From: an uncultured Verrucomicrobiae bacterium
GTDB taxonomy: Bacteria; Verrucomicrobiota; Verrucomicrobiia; Chthoniobacterales; Chthoniobacteraceae
Assembly (NCBI GenBank): GCA_963769025.1
Contig: CAVYKI010000003.1
Span: forward strand, 64,001-128,000
Length of the DNA: 64,000 nucleotides
Reading direction: 5' to 3'
Shown: in pieces, positions 9,917 to 20,890 of the stretch
How positions within the stretch are numbered: position 1 is the first letter of the stretch
Layout of the letters: every line of letters starts with the position of its first letter
Position numbers and translations under genes: made by a program
Notes under the pieces: model-generated
Database searches by the model: none
What the model saw: the letters and a program-made list of their open reading frames with translations, nothing else
What the model was told of the DNA's origin: nothing

Positions 9917-10510
9917 TCACGCGTGGCGCGCGTCCCCTGCCCGGTTTCGGTGCAGGGAGGGATCGATGGCCTGCACCATCGCGGGCTCATTGAGGCCGAG
10001 GTCGAGGAATTCCCCGACACGGCGGGCCTGCTCGACAGGGGCGCGGAGAAGTTCGCGATGCTCGCAGTGGAGGACGCGGAAGTTTTTCCGCTCGGCGAGC
10101 CATCCCTCCACCTTTTTCAAATGCGCCCCGAGGTGCTGGCGCATGGCGGCGTCGGCGGCGGAGTCTGTGCCCGCGGTGCCGCGGCGCTTCAGCATTTCGT
10201 TTTGCGAGGCGAGGATTTCATCCATGTCGCGGTGCATGAAAATGACGCGGTATTCGTAATCCGCGGGGAGTTCGTAGAGCAGCATCGAGATGACTTTCAC
10301 CGCGTGGCCGCGCGCTCCGGCGAGCCATCTGGAGTCGGTCTTCAGCTTTTTGACGGCTTCGAGTTCAAAGTAGCCGCGCGGGTTGTCGGCGTCGGCGGTG
10401 CGGAGGCCGTCGGAGACTGCGGGCATCCCGCCGGCGACGAGCATCTGCATCATCATGGAGGTCCCGGAGCGCGGGAGGCCGGAGACGACGGTGATGAAAT
10501 CGGCGGGCAT
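9917..10510 (-). CDS. Sulfotransferase family protein
   Basis: 5'-PSB-like loop VSGLPRSGTSMMMQML, NPRGYFE, IFMHRDMDEILASQ. Start set at ATG 10510. Confidence 0.85.
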   Translation of the reverse strand: MPADFITVVSGLPRSGTSMMMQMLVAGGMPAVSDGLRTADADNPRGYFELEAVKKLKTDSRWLAGARGHAVKVISMLLYELPADYEYRVIFMHRDMDEILASQNEMLKRRGTAGTDSAADAAMRQHLGAHLKKVEGWLAERKNFRVLHCEHRELLRAPVEQARRVGEFLDLGLNEPAMVQAIDPSLHRNRAGDARHA

Positions 10511-10517
10511 CGTCGGA

Positions 10518-10718
10518 CTACTCCAGGTAGCCGAGGCCCTTGAGCCGCTTCCGCACTTCCTCCTCGGATTCGTCGGCGCCGGGCGGAGTCGCTGCGCCTT
10601 CGAGGACGTGCTGGATGAATTCCTCGGCGGAGGAATAGCCGGCGGCTTGCGAGGCTTTTTCCAGCCGTTCGTAAAGCTCGTGCTCGACTGCGATTTTGTG
10701 TTGCCGGTTTCCAAACAT
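10518..10718 (-). CDS. Small protein with ribbon-helix-helix-like N-terminus and C-terminal RLxxLGY motif
   Basis: KIAVEHELYERLEKASQAAGYSSAEEFIQHVL (RHH-like pattern) then EEEVRKRLKGLGYLE; tight operon spacing. Confidence 0.75.
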   Translation of the reverse strand: MFGNRQHKIAVEHELYERLEKASQAAGYSSAEEFIQHVLEGAATPPGADESEEEVRKRLKGLGYLE

Positions 10719-10737
10719 GGCGATGGGTGCGGTGTGG

Positions 10738-11565
10738 CTAAAATTCTACGCGGAAGGGGCGTTTCACGACGAGGGCAAAGGCGATCGACGCGACAAAGAT
10801 CGCGACGAGCCAGTTGATCTCGTAGCCGAAGAATCGCAGCGAGCGGCGCGGGTAGTCCACGCGCACTTCGGAGACCGCACTGTCCTTCGCGAGCGCATCC
10901 TCGCCGGGGAAAAGCACGCGATCCCAGAAGTGATCCCCGGTCCGCTTCGGCGAGACTTTCCTCAACGCGGAACTCGCGGTGATTTCCTTTTCCACGGTCG
11001 CGTCGCCGGCGGCGCACTGCATCGTGCCACTGCCGGGCTGGAGAGCCTTCACGCGCCACGCGACTTCGTTGGTGTGGACGGAGCGGAAGGCCGGCGTCTC
11101 GACAAGGAAGTCCGCGGGCACTTGCAGCGTCGCGGGCTGCGCGACGGGGCTGATTCCGTCCTTCAGCTTCATCGAGACGACGACGGATTCGCCTTTCGCG
11201 AGCGGACGCCATTCAAACCATCCCGAAAGCTGCCCAATCCACAGCACGACGACCGGGAGCAACACGACCAGCGGCTTCAGCGATGCGGCGATGTAGAGGC
11301 CCGTCGCCGTGAGCACGCGACCGAATGAGCCGAGCACGGAAATCGGGTCATCGCCGAACAGGCGGATTTCGAGCAGCCGGGCAATCATGCGATTGCGCGT
11401 GGTTTTGATCGTCCGCTGATTCGACACGAGCGCATAGACGGCGACCGCCAGCACGGCGATGAGCAGCGAATGCACGAGCAGCACCACCGCAGGCGAAGCT
11501 CCGCCGAGCAGGCCATTCACACCGCCGACCAGCGCGCCGGTGAAGCGATTCACGCCGTCCATCAT
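10738..11565 (-). CDS. Membrane protein, possible DUF106/EMC3 (Oxa1 superfamily)-like with an inserted soluble domain
   Basis: TM1, charged helical loop, TM2 (SLKPLVVLLPVVVLW), about 140-aa beta-rich region, TM3 (NWLVAIFVASIAFALVVKR). The CDS is solid; the family is tentative. Confidence 0.6.
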   Translation of the reverse strand: MMDGVNRFTGALVGGVNGLLGGASPAVVLLVHSLLIAVLAVAVYALVSNQRTIKTTRNRMIARLLEIRLFGDDPISVLGSFGRVLTATGLYIAASLKPLVVLLPVVVLWIGQLSGWFEWRPLAKGESVVVSMKLKDGISPVAQPATLQVPADFLVETPAFRSVHTNEVAWRVKALQPGSGTMQCAAGDATVEKEITASSALRKVSPKRTGDHFWDRVLFPGEDALAKDSAVSEVRVDYPRRSLRFFGYEINWLVAIFVASIAFALVVKRPFRVEF

Positions 11566-11590
11566 TTGGAAAAAGTCACGGTATCCATCT

Positions 11591-13591
11591 TCATCGCGCC
11601 GCCACCGGTTCGCTGCGCAGATCGCGCCCCTTCATTTCCGCCGGCACTCCTGCGCCAAATGCGCTGATGATCGTCGGCGCGAGATCCTCCAGCGCGGGAT
11701 CGGCGTGGCGCACGGGGGCATTCGTGAGGAGGACGCCGGAGAGGAAATGCGGGTCCATGCAATGGTCGCCGCTCCACGGGTCGAGGTTGTCGAGAATGTG
11801 CTCGCGAGGATAGCCGCCGAGGATCGTGTCCCACGACGCGCGGTAGTTGTCGTTGTAGCAGACGACGAGGTCGGGCACCCGATCGCCGGATGTGCGCCGG
11901 TAAACTTGATCGGGCCGGACCACGCGGCGGATGACCTGTTCGCCCGTCTGCGGATCGCGAATCGCGGTCAGCTCGGCGATCAGTTCGGTTCGCAGCCGCT
12001 CCGCGTCGTCGCCGGCTTTCACGATTCCACCGGGCTCGCGGCCCTGGCGGTTCAGGTAGAGGCAATTGATGCCGAGCCCGTAGGCGCGCGTGCGCGTCCA
12101 GTCGGTGTTCTGAAAGTCCGGCGCGCCATCGCGGTCGAGACGGTTTTTCAGCCCGGCGTAGCCGTGATCGAGCAGCCATGCGTTGAGATTGAACTGCCGC
12201 CGGAACGACGTGAACGCGTGATCCGAGACGATGTAAATTTGCCCGTCCGGGCCGAGGTGCTCGACGACGTCGCCGACGAATGCATCGATGCGCCGGTAGA
12301 GCGTCGGCAGGTGATCGCCGTGCTCCTTCGCGAGCGCGGGCGTGTAGAGCGGATGCTTCTGGTCGATGGTCCGCCAGAACATGTGCGAGTTCATGTCGAG
12401 CGACGAAAAGTACGCGAAGAAAAAGCCGTCGCGAAAGTGGTTGAGCTGCGAGCGGAACATCCGGATGTCCTCATCGAGCACATGCAGCGCGTGCTGCCGG
12501 AATTCCCCGTCAGTGAGCACGCCCGACGACAGCGCCGGCGTCTCCTCCGCCATGCCCTGCGTGTAAAAGCGTCCGACTTCGTCCGCCAATTGCCGGGAAA
12601 AATCCTTCGGCGTGGAAATGGGAAACGCCGGATTCACCGGGTCGATGTTCACCGGCGAGACGTAGAGTTCGAGCTGCGGGCGCACTTGCTTCAGGAAAAA
12701 CCGGCACATCGCGGGCACGTCCGCGAGGTAGGGCATCAGCGGGAAAGTGATCGGGATCCAGTCGCTCCATTCGCGCTCGTTCAGGATCACGTCCTTCCCC
12801 TGGATGCTGATCCGGGCCACCGCATTTTGCGGATCGCGCTCGATGGTGAACGGGATGTCCGCGGACGGCTGCTCGCGGTTGAAGACATTCGCCGGTCCGC
12901 GCAACGTGCAATAGGCGAGCCCGCGCGCGAGCCGGATTTTCTCGATCTGCCCGCCGGCAACGTCGCGCGTCGCCTGCTTGGGATCGGTGGAGTAGAAGGA
13001 AAAAATCCCGTAGCTGCCGTGGATGTCCGGCGTCGTGAGGCCGGAGACAGTCTTCGCATCCGTCGGCACCGGCGGGTAGTTCACCGGCGCCTTCAGCGCG
13101 ACGGATGGCACTCCGGCTTCCTGCAAAATGTGCCACAGCGTCGGGCCCTGCCGCATGAGCTCGAGTTTGGACGAGCCGAGCGGGACGGCATACTTGCCGA
13201 CATTGACGAAGCGCTTCGGTGCGGTCGTCCTCGCCGTCGAGAGTTCCGCGGTGACCGTGCCGGCGTCGCGCGAGATGAAATCGTAGATCCCGTGACCGCC
13301 GGGATCGAGGCCCGAGATGAACGTCGCCCACGCCACCGGGCTCTGCGGAGGCAGCGTCGTGCGCAATTTCTTGAATCCGCCCGCATCGAGCAGCTTCTTG
13401 CAATTCGGCATGAACCCCTGGCTCGCGTAGAGGTGCAGCAGCGTCGGGTCCATCCCGTCGGCGCCGACGACCGCGACCTTCGGAATGCCGCGGGTGACGC
13501 CGCCACGCACGATGCCCGGAAACGCGAGCGCACCGCCGACCAGCCCGCAAAATTTCCGGCGGCTGAGATTGGAGCGGTTCTCGTTCGGCAT
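11591..13591 (-). CDS. Alkaline phosphatase superfamily / type I phosphodiesterase-like protein with Tat signal
   Basis: SRRKFCGLVGG twin-arginine signal; GADGMDP, PPQSPVAWATFISG, IVSDHAF, WSGDHC. Confidence 0.88.
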   Translation of the reverse strand: MPNENRSNLSRRKFCGLVGGALAFPGIVRGGVTRGIPKVAVVGADGMDPTLLHLYASQGFMPNCKKLLDAGGFKKLRTTLPPQSPVAWATFISGLDPGGHGIYDFISRDAGTVTAELSTARTTAPKRFVNVGKYAVPLGSSKLELMRQGPTLWHILQEAGVPSVALKAPVNYPPVPTDAKTVSGLTTPDIHGSYGIFSFYSTDPKQATRDVAGGQIEKIRLARGLAYCTLRGPANVFNREQPSADIPFTIERDPQNAVARISIQGKDVILNEREWSDWIPITFPLMPYLADVPAMCRFFLKQVRPQLELYVSPVNIDPVNPAFPISTPKDFSRQLADEVGRFYTQGMAEETPALSSGVLTDGEFRQHALHVLDEDIRMFRSQLNHFRDGFFFAYFSSLDMNSHMFWRTIDQKHPLYTPALAKEHGDHLPTLYRRIDAFVGDVVEHLGPDGQIYIVSDHAFTSFRRQFNLNAWLLDHGYAGLKNRLDRDGAPDFQNTDWTRTRAYGLGINCLYLNRQGREPGGIVKAGDDAERLRTELIAELTAIRDPQTGEQVIRRVVRPDQVYRRTSGDRVPDLVVCYNDNYRASWDTILGGYPREHILDNLDPWSGDHCMDPHFLSGVLLTNAPVRHADPALEDLAPTIISAFGAGVPAEMKGRDLRSEPVAAR

Positions 13592-13597
13592 CGGGCT

Positions 13598-15646
13598 TCA
13601 GGCAGTGGGTTCGTTCATCGTGCGGCAGACTTTGCCGTCCATGTGCGCGGGCACCGTCACGCCAAACAGGTCGAGCACCGTGGGAGCCATGTCAATCAGC
13701 CCGACCCCGGCGGACAGATCGAGCTTCCGGTTGCAGAGGAAAATGCCAGGCACCAGCGAACGATCCACGCAATGATCGCCGCCCCAGCTCCGCGTGTTGT
13801 AGGAGAACACGTCCTTCTCGATTTCGCCGATCGCCGCCTTCCACGAAAAGCGATACCCTTCCGCAAATCCGACGACGAGGTCCGGACCGCTCCGCGCATA
13901 CGGGCCTTTATACACCTTCGCCGCATCATGCACGGCATGCACGGGCCGCCGACCGGTGTCGGGATCGACGAGGCTCAGCAGGCGCTGCGTGATGTCTTCC
14001 TTGATGCGCGCCTCCGCCTCCGGTTCCACGCTGCCCTTGGATTCCCGCCCTTTCAGATTCAGGTAAATGCCCGCGAGGCCGAACGCGTAGGCGGAGGTCG
14101 CAGACCAGTCGATCCCCTGCAGGTAGCGGCCCGCGCCTTCGGTTTCCGCGGATTTCAGAAAGCCCTCCTGCCTCGAGCCACGTGTTCACATTCACGCCCC
14201 GGTCGAACGACGAGAAGCCGTGATCCGAAAGCACAAGCAGCACATCGCGCTTGCCGATCTGCGCCGCGGTCTTGCCGACCAGCGCGTCCATCCGCTCATA
14301 CATTTCGTCGAGGATCGCATTCGGCGCGGTCGGATCAGTCGGGGCGTCGGGCACGCTGTCGCGCGGGCGCATGAACATGTGCTGCATGCGGTCCGGCGTG
14401 TCGAAGACGCACGCGCAAAGCCCGGCGCGCGTCGTGCGCAGCGCGCCGAGGAACATGCGCTCGCGCTCCTCGTGGATGTCGTACGCCTGATCGAGGAAGC
14501 CCTTGTCATCGATGATGCCCTCGGTGTGCGCCCACGTGTCCTCCGCGAGGCCGAGCGTCGCGTACGGGCCCTGCAGCTTGGCGAGGTAGATGGAATAGTA
14601 GTCCGGATGCGAAACCGGCAGCGCGGGCTTTTCCGGATCGATGTTCAGCGGCGTCACGTAGAGGCGGAATGGCGATTCGCTGACGAGCAGCAGCCGGCAG
14701 ATGCCGTGGATCGTGCGGAACATTCCCGCGCGGAAACTCACGCGCAGCCACTCCGAATACGTTCCCCTTTGCAGGACGACGCGCTGCTTCCCGATCCTCA
14801 CCTCGGCATCGCCGCCATTCACATTGCGGCGCAGCAAAAGTGGCACCGTAAGTGCAGGCGCCTCTGCCTTCGCGGCAGGCGGACCGGTCAGGACTGCGTG
14901 CGCCACATCGCCGTCGAACTTCACCGCCACCACCTCGCCGCCCTCGAAGATTTCCTCCGCGCGCGGAGTCTCGGCGAAGCACGTGAACGTCCCCTGCGAC
15001 CCGCGCAAATCCGGCACGCACATGCCGGAAAGCAGAACGCCGTTGAACTTCTCCGGCGGAAACGTGATCGGCACGCGCAGCACCGTGCTGAACACGCCGT
15101 GCTCGCCGAGGATGTTCCAAAACGGCACGCTCTTGCGCAGGAGCTTCATCACCGCGCGGCCCTTCGAGTCGCGGCGGATCGCGGACGACGACAGCTCGGG
15201 CAGATACGACTGCAGGTTGCGGTTCAGGAAATCGAAGATGTTGTGCTTGCCGGGATTCGTCCCGGTCATGAACGACGACCACGCCGCCGGCGAGATGGGC
15301 GGGCAGCTCGACTCGATCCGGCTGTAGCACGCCCGCCTGCGCGAGCTGCGCCATGTGCGGCAGCCGCCCCTCGCTGATCAGCCGCTCGACGCGCCTGCGG
15401 ATCCATCCCGTCCAGGCCGAGAATGATAACGCACCGGACATCCGTCTTCCGGCGCTTCTTTTTCCTGCGGAAAATCGCACGCATCAAAAGCCGGAACGGC
15501 CACGTCGCGATGCTGACGAACACCAGCAGCAGCGCCGACAGCAGCACGAGCACCGAGCCGACGAACGTGAACCCCGCGCCCGGCCCGATGTAGGCGACGA
15601 GGTCCGGCGCGAAATTCGGCAGTTCGAGCATCCCCATCACCGGCAT
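13598..15646 (-). CDS. Alkaline phosphatase superfamily / type I phosphodiesterase-like protein with N-terminal membrane anchor (frameshifted)
   Basis: Joined ORFs 15266-15652, 13926-15269 and 13598-14029: AYIGPGAG-TM-RRKKKRRK, GLDGMDP, PPISPAAWSSFMTG, VLSDHGF, WGGDHC. Confidence 0.85.
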
Positions 15647-15926
15647 TACCAATTCGGCTGCAGCAATGACTGGCTCGCGCCACCCGCGTCAGGCGCCTCG
15701 TGGCAGCCGCCTTGGAAGAAGTGGATTGCCGCCGCGGAATGAACCGGCAGGACGAGGCGTACCGCGCGGAGTCGGGAGCTGGGTTCATGGAATTCCGCCA
15801 CCGTGTCGCCTCCCGGCATTGCTGACAAGTGGAGATGGCTCAGGGATCGCTCCTGCTAGACCGCCGGCCACAAGCCAGCCCATCACTGTGACCGAAGGGA
15901 CCCGCTCACTCAGTGGCCCGCGGCCA

Positions 15927-15955
15927 TTGACAGCGCCGCCGTCCCGCGCAAATCT
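15927..15955 (+). promoter_or_regulatory. Putative sigma-70 promoter of lysC
   Basis: TTGACA, 17-bp spacer, weak -10 AAATCT, 15 nt before the ATG. Confidence 0.45.
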
Positions 15956-15970
15956 CCGCGCCCTTTTTCC

Positions 15971-17188
15971 ATGAGTCTCATCGTCCAGAAATACGGCGGC
16001 ACCAGCGTCGGCAATCCGGAGCGCATCAAGAATGTCGCGCGCCGCGTCGTCGCCGCGCAGGAGCAGGGGCATCGCGTCGTCGTCGTCGTCTCCGCGATGA
16101 GCGGCGTGACGGACAATCTCATCAGGCTCGCGCGCGAATGTTCGGCGAATCCCGAGGAGCGCGAGATGGACGTGCTGCTCGCCACCGGCGAGCAGACCAC
16201 GATCGCGCTCACGGCGATGGCCATCAATGCGCTCGGCAAAAAGGCGATCTCGCTGACAGGCGCGCAGGCGGGCATCGTCACCGACGGCGTCCACACGAAG
16301 GCGAAAATCTCCGATCTCACGCCGAAGCAGCTCAAGCAGCACCTCGACGACGGCTTCATCTGCATCGTCGCCGGCTTCCAGGGCGAGACGAAGGACAAGC
16401 GCATCACCACGCTCGGCCGCGGCGGCAGCGACCTCACGGCCATCGCGCTCGCAGCGGCGGTGAAGGCCGACCTCTGCCAGATTTTCACCGACGTGGACGG
16501 CGTCTATACGTGCGATCCGCGCGTCGTCCCCACGGCGACGGAAGCTCGATGAGATCAGCTTCGACGAGATGCTCGAGATGGCGTCCAGCGGCAGCAAGGT
16601 CATGCAGTCGCGCAGCGTCGAGTTCGCCAAGAAATTCGGCGTCGTCTTCGAGGTCCGCAGTTCATTCAACGACAACCCAGGCACCATCGTGAAAGAAGAA
16701 ACCAAGAGCATGGAGGCCGTGGTCGTCCGCGGCGTCAGCATCGAAAAAAACCAGGCAAAGGTCACCGTCCGCGCCGTGCCCGACCGGCCCGGCGTCGCCG
16801 CCCGCGTCTTCACCGCTGTCGCCGCCGCGCAGATCGTCATCGACATGATCGTGCAGAACGTCGCGCACGACGGCACGACGGACATCAGCTTCACGCTGAA
16901 CAAGGACGAACTGCCGAAGGTCGAAGCCGGCCTCGCGCGCAGTCGTGAAGGAAATCGGCGCGCGCGGACTCGAGATCGAAAGCGGCTACGGCAAGCTGAG
17001 CGTCATCGGCGTCGGCATGCGCAGCCACAGCGGCGTCGCGGCGAAGATGTTCGAGGCGCTCAGCAAAGGCGGCATCAACATCGTGATGATCAGCACCTCG
17101 GAGATCAAAACCGCCGTCATCATCGACGAGGCAAAGCTCGACCGAAGGCGCGAACGTCGTGCACGAGGCGTTCGGGCTCGGGAAGTAG
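15971..17188 (+). CDS. lysC: Aspartate kinase with ACT domains (frameshifted)
   Basis: [53 protein letters not shown] across three frames. Confidence 0.93.
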
Positions 17189-17240
17189 GGCGGTCTGTAC
17201 GCGCCCGGCACAAACGCTCCGAGCGACCTCTGCCCGTCGC

Positions 17241-18558
17241 TCAGTGCGGGATGAGATGGCTCTGAAATAGCACCGCGAAGCCGAGGAAGGCGAAGAAGCC
17301 GACCACGTCGGTGATCGTCGTCAGGATGATGCTGGAGCACTGCGCGGGATCGAGGCCGACGGATTTCATCACCACCGGAATCGCCGCGCCGCACATGCTG
17401 GCGGCGAAAAGGTTCACAATCATCGCCAGCCCGATGACAAGGCCCAGCCACGCGTTGCCGTGCCACGCCCACGCCACGAGCGCGGTGCTCAGGCCGGTGA
17501 TGCTTCCGGAAATCAGCCCGAGCCAGCTTTCCTTGAGCACGAGCTGGCGGACCTTGTTGCGCGGGATCTCGCGCATGACGAGGCCGCGCATCACGATGGC
17601 GAGCGACTGCGCGCCCGCGTTTCCGCCCTGCCCGGCGACGACGGGCAGGAACACGGCGAGGACCGTGATTTTCGCGATGGTGTCCTCGAACAACGCGACG
17701 ACTGCCGCGGCGAGAAAGGCGGTGGCCAGATTCACGTGCAGCCACGGAAGGCGCTTCTTGAGCGAATAGCCGATGGACGAAAAGCTGCGCTCGTCGCCGC
17801 CGGCACCGAACATTCGCTGGAGATCCTCCGTCACTTCCTCCTGCACGTCCTGGAGGAGTTGCTCTGCCTTGATGATTCCGAGGATGCGGCCTTCGTTGTC
17901 CACGACCGGCGCGGCAAAGTACCGGCGCTTGGCAAACTGCGCCGCGGCTTCCTCGCAGTCGGTGAAGCTGTGCACGGTGAAAACATCGGTGCGCATGATG
18001 GCCGACAGTTTCGTCTCCGGTCTCGCGACAAGGAGATCGCGCATGTTGAGGACGCCCTTGAGCCGATCCTCGTCGTCCACCACGTAGGCGTAAGAAGCCG
18101 GATAGCGATTCGGCGCCTGCTGCCGGATTATCTGCGTCGCGTCAAAGACCGTCATCTCGGCGCGGAAAGCCAGGAAATTCGTATTCATCGCCTGGCCGAC
18201 GCTGCCTTCGGGATACGTGAGCTGCTCCTGGATGTCGCGCTTGAGCTTGTCCGGCAGATGCGCGAGGAAGCGTTCGCGGGCGTCTCCCGGCAGGTGCATG
18301 AAAATGGTCGCGGCGTGGTGCGACTCAAGCCCCTCGGCGATTTCCTTGAAGAGGTCCGCCTCGGCGTCCTTGAGCACCGCGGCGGCGTACGTCACCTGGA
18401 GCTGGCACACCGCCTTCGCGGCCACGGACGGAGGCAGGCTGCGCAGGACCTGGACGACGTCCTCCTCCGGCATCGTCTCCAGACGAGCGCGCAGCGGCGA
18501 CGATGTCCTTCTCGAAGAACTTCTGGACGAGCGGAAGCAGGGCGGTGTTTTCGGACAT
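17241..18558 (-). CDS. mgtE: Magnesium transporter MgtE (frameshift near the N-terminus)
   Basis: CBS pair, [33 protein letters not shown]. Confidence 0.92.
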
Positions 18559-18573
18559 GGCAGTTCTCCGTTC

Positions 18574-20149
18574 TCACGGCCGCGTTGGAGCGCTTCGACA
18601 CCGGCGTGAGCGCCCAGGCCTTCACCTTGTCCTTCATTCGCAAAATGAGCTTCCCATTTGCGATGCACGGCGAAGGGACCCACTGCGCCTTCACGGTCGC
18701 GCGTCCGAGGCTCGTGTAGGCCGTCGGATCGGCGGAAATCATCAGGAGGCTGTTCCCGTTGTTCGCCATCGCGAAGAGCTTTCCGTCCGCGATGCACCGG
18801 CGAACTGATCGTCGTCTGCGCCTGCGTCTTCCACGCGACACGGCCCGTCGCGGCCTCGAAGCAGTAGTGGTTGTTGTCGTCCGTCAGATAGACGTGCCCG
18901 TCCTTCACGATCGGGCTGCTCTGCGTGCGCAGCGCTTCGATGGGATGCTTCCACATCAGCTCCGCCTTCTCGGGTGAAATGCGATACGCCACGAGTCCGA
19001 GCGCCGGCCTGCGCGATTGCACGGCGAGCACGTCGTCCTCGATCGCCGGCGTGCTGTCGCCTCCGGCTTCCGCGGTCCACAGGAGCTCGCCGGTCTTCAG
19101 ATCCACCGCGGTGAGATCCTTGCCGTTGCAAATCACCATCTTCCTCCCGCCCGCCTCCCACGGCACCGGCGAGGCATTTCCGCCGCCGGCCTTTTCCTGG
19201 CGCCACAGTTCCTTCCCCGTCGCCGCGTCGAAGCCGATGAGCTGATCCGCGTTCACCACCAGCACTCCGTCCATGAAGAGCGGCGAGGAGCCCGTGCTCT
19301 TCTTCTTCGGAAATGGCGCCTCCCACAGCACCTTCCCGTCCGACGGATTCATGGCACCACACGCGCCGGCTGCCGACTGCGAAAATCTTCCCGTCTGCAA
19401 CGCACGGCGTCGAGGAAGCCCCGCGGCCGACCGACTCACCCGGCAGCGCCGCCTTCCACAGCGTCTTGCCGGTCTCAAAGTCCAGGCACATCACCGCATC
19501 GTCCGCGACGCGCTTCGTCGGCGGCACCGCGGCGACGATCTCGCGCTTCACCGCGTCGCTCCATCCCTGCGCATCCAGCCACGCCTTCATCTCCGCTTCG
19601 CTGGCAAAGACGCGATCCTTGTTGCTCGTCGAGCGTCTCAGAACACGCGAGCGGCAGCGCCAGCTTCCCTTTCGTGAAACGCTTCGTCAGCCAGCCCGTG
19701 TAGAGCTGCCGCTGCTTCACGTCGAAATTCTCCTCGGCAAATTTCTGCGCAAATTCCTCCAGCTTTTTCCCGCGCAACGTCGGCGGCAGCGACTCGCGGG
19801 TGGTCTCGAGTTTCTCCACGAGTTCCTTGCCGAGCGACTTCACCGACTGATGCCCGAGTTGCCGCAGCACCAGCTCGCCGATCTGCCGCGTCTCGCTCGG
19901 CACATCGCGATGCCACACCAGCCCCACGATCACGCGTCCGTCCGCGACCACCGGACTCGACAGCCCGCCCTCGTCATTCGTCGGAATCTCCTCGCTCTCC
20001 CAAAGCTCCTTCAGCCCCTCGGCCGGGAACGCGTCCAGCAGCTTCGGCGAATCCGGCACGATGCCATTGCGCAGCGGCCCGCGCCACTGCGGCCAGTCGG
20101 CGGCATGGACATTCAGGGCGGCGGCGAGGAGGAGGAAAATGGAACGCAT
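18574..20149 (-). CDS. PQQ-binding-like beta-propeller protein, secreted (frameshifted)
   Basis: Signal peptide then DWPQWRGPLRNG; repeated SSP / TGxxLW blades. 3' end approximate. Confidence 0.85.
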
Positions 20150-20230
20150 CGCCCCCTCCTAACGCACTGCCTAGACGCGGGCAAGGGTCGCCGGCGCAAT
20201 GCAGGCAAAAACTTTTGCTTGCAGCCTTAG

Positions 20231-20245
20231 CTTTGCGTGGCAAAG
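20231..20245. promoter_or_regulatory. Palindromic operator candidate, copy 1
   Basis: CTTTGC-GTG-GCAAAG, ending 8 nt before ATG 20254; 14/15 match to the reverse complement of the site at 21236. Confidence 0.65.
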
Positions 20246-20253
20246 TCCGCGCC

Positions 20254-20890
20254 ATGCCGACCCGCTCCGACGCCGAGGAACACCTCCGCATCATCCGCTC
20301 CCTGATGGAAAAGGCGACCATCTACCGGGCCATCTCCGCGCCTGGCGCGCTGGTGGGTGGCTTGCTGGCAGTGCTCCTCGCCGGTGTCTGCGCGTGGCTC
20401 AGCCGTGCGGGCAGCGGTGCCGGTGTTCCTTTCGTCCTGCCGTGGCTGCTCCTCCTCGTCGTCACGGCTGCCGCGAATGCCGGCTTGCTGTGGCATGACG
20501 CCCGCCGGCGCGGCGAGCCTTTCGTCTCGCCGGGCATGAAGGTGGCGCTGCGCGCGATGGTTCCCGGGCTGATCGCGGGCGGGCTTTGCACTCTTGATCG
20601 ACGGCGACGGCGGCACACCGCTCACCGCGACGCTGTGGGTGCTGTTCTACGGCATCAGCCTCCTCGCCGCGAGCCACTTTGCGCCAAAATCCATCCAGTG
20701 GCTCGGCCGCGCGTTCTTCGTCGCGGGCGCATGCGCGCTGCTGGCGGCCGCTCTCGCCTTCGATCACTGGCGCGGAACCAACCAGCCCGCGATCGCCCAT
20801 CTCATCATGGGCCTGACGTTCGGCGCTCTTTCACCTCATCTACGCCGCCTGCACCTGGCCGCGCCGGGCGCTGCGGCAGCGAAGCCATGA
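20254..20890 (+). CDS. Hypothetical multi-pass membrane protein (frameshifted)
   Basis: AEEHLRIIRSLMEKATIYRAISAP followed by several hydrophobic segments; overlaps the start of the regulator. Confidence 0.75.

Noticed and set aside
15650..15970. Lysine riboswitch upstream of lysC, and small ORFs in this gap
   Set aside because: The promoter-like site is only 15 nt from the ATG, no L-box consensus is evident, and the ORFs have no recognisable features.
17241..19478. PQQ-propeller/MgtE fusion ORF
   Set aside because: Artefact of indels; MgtE has its own ATG at 18558.
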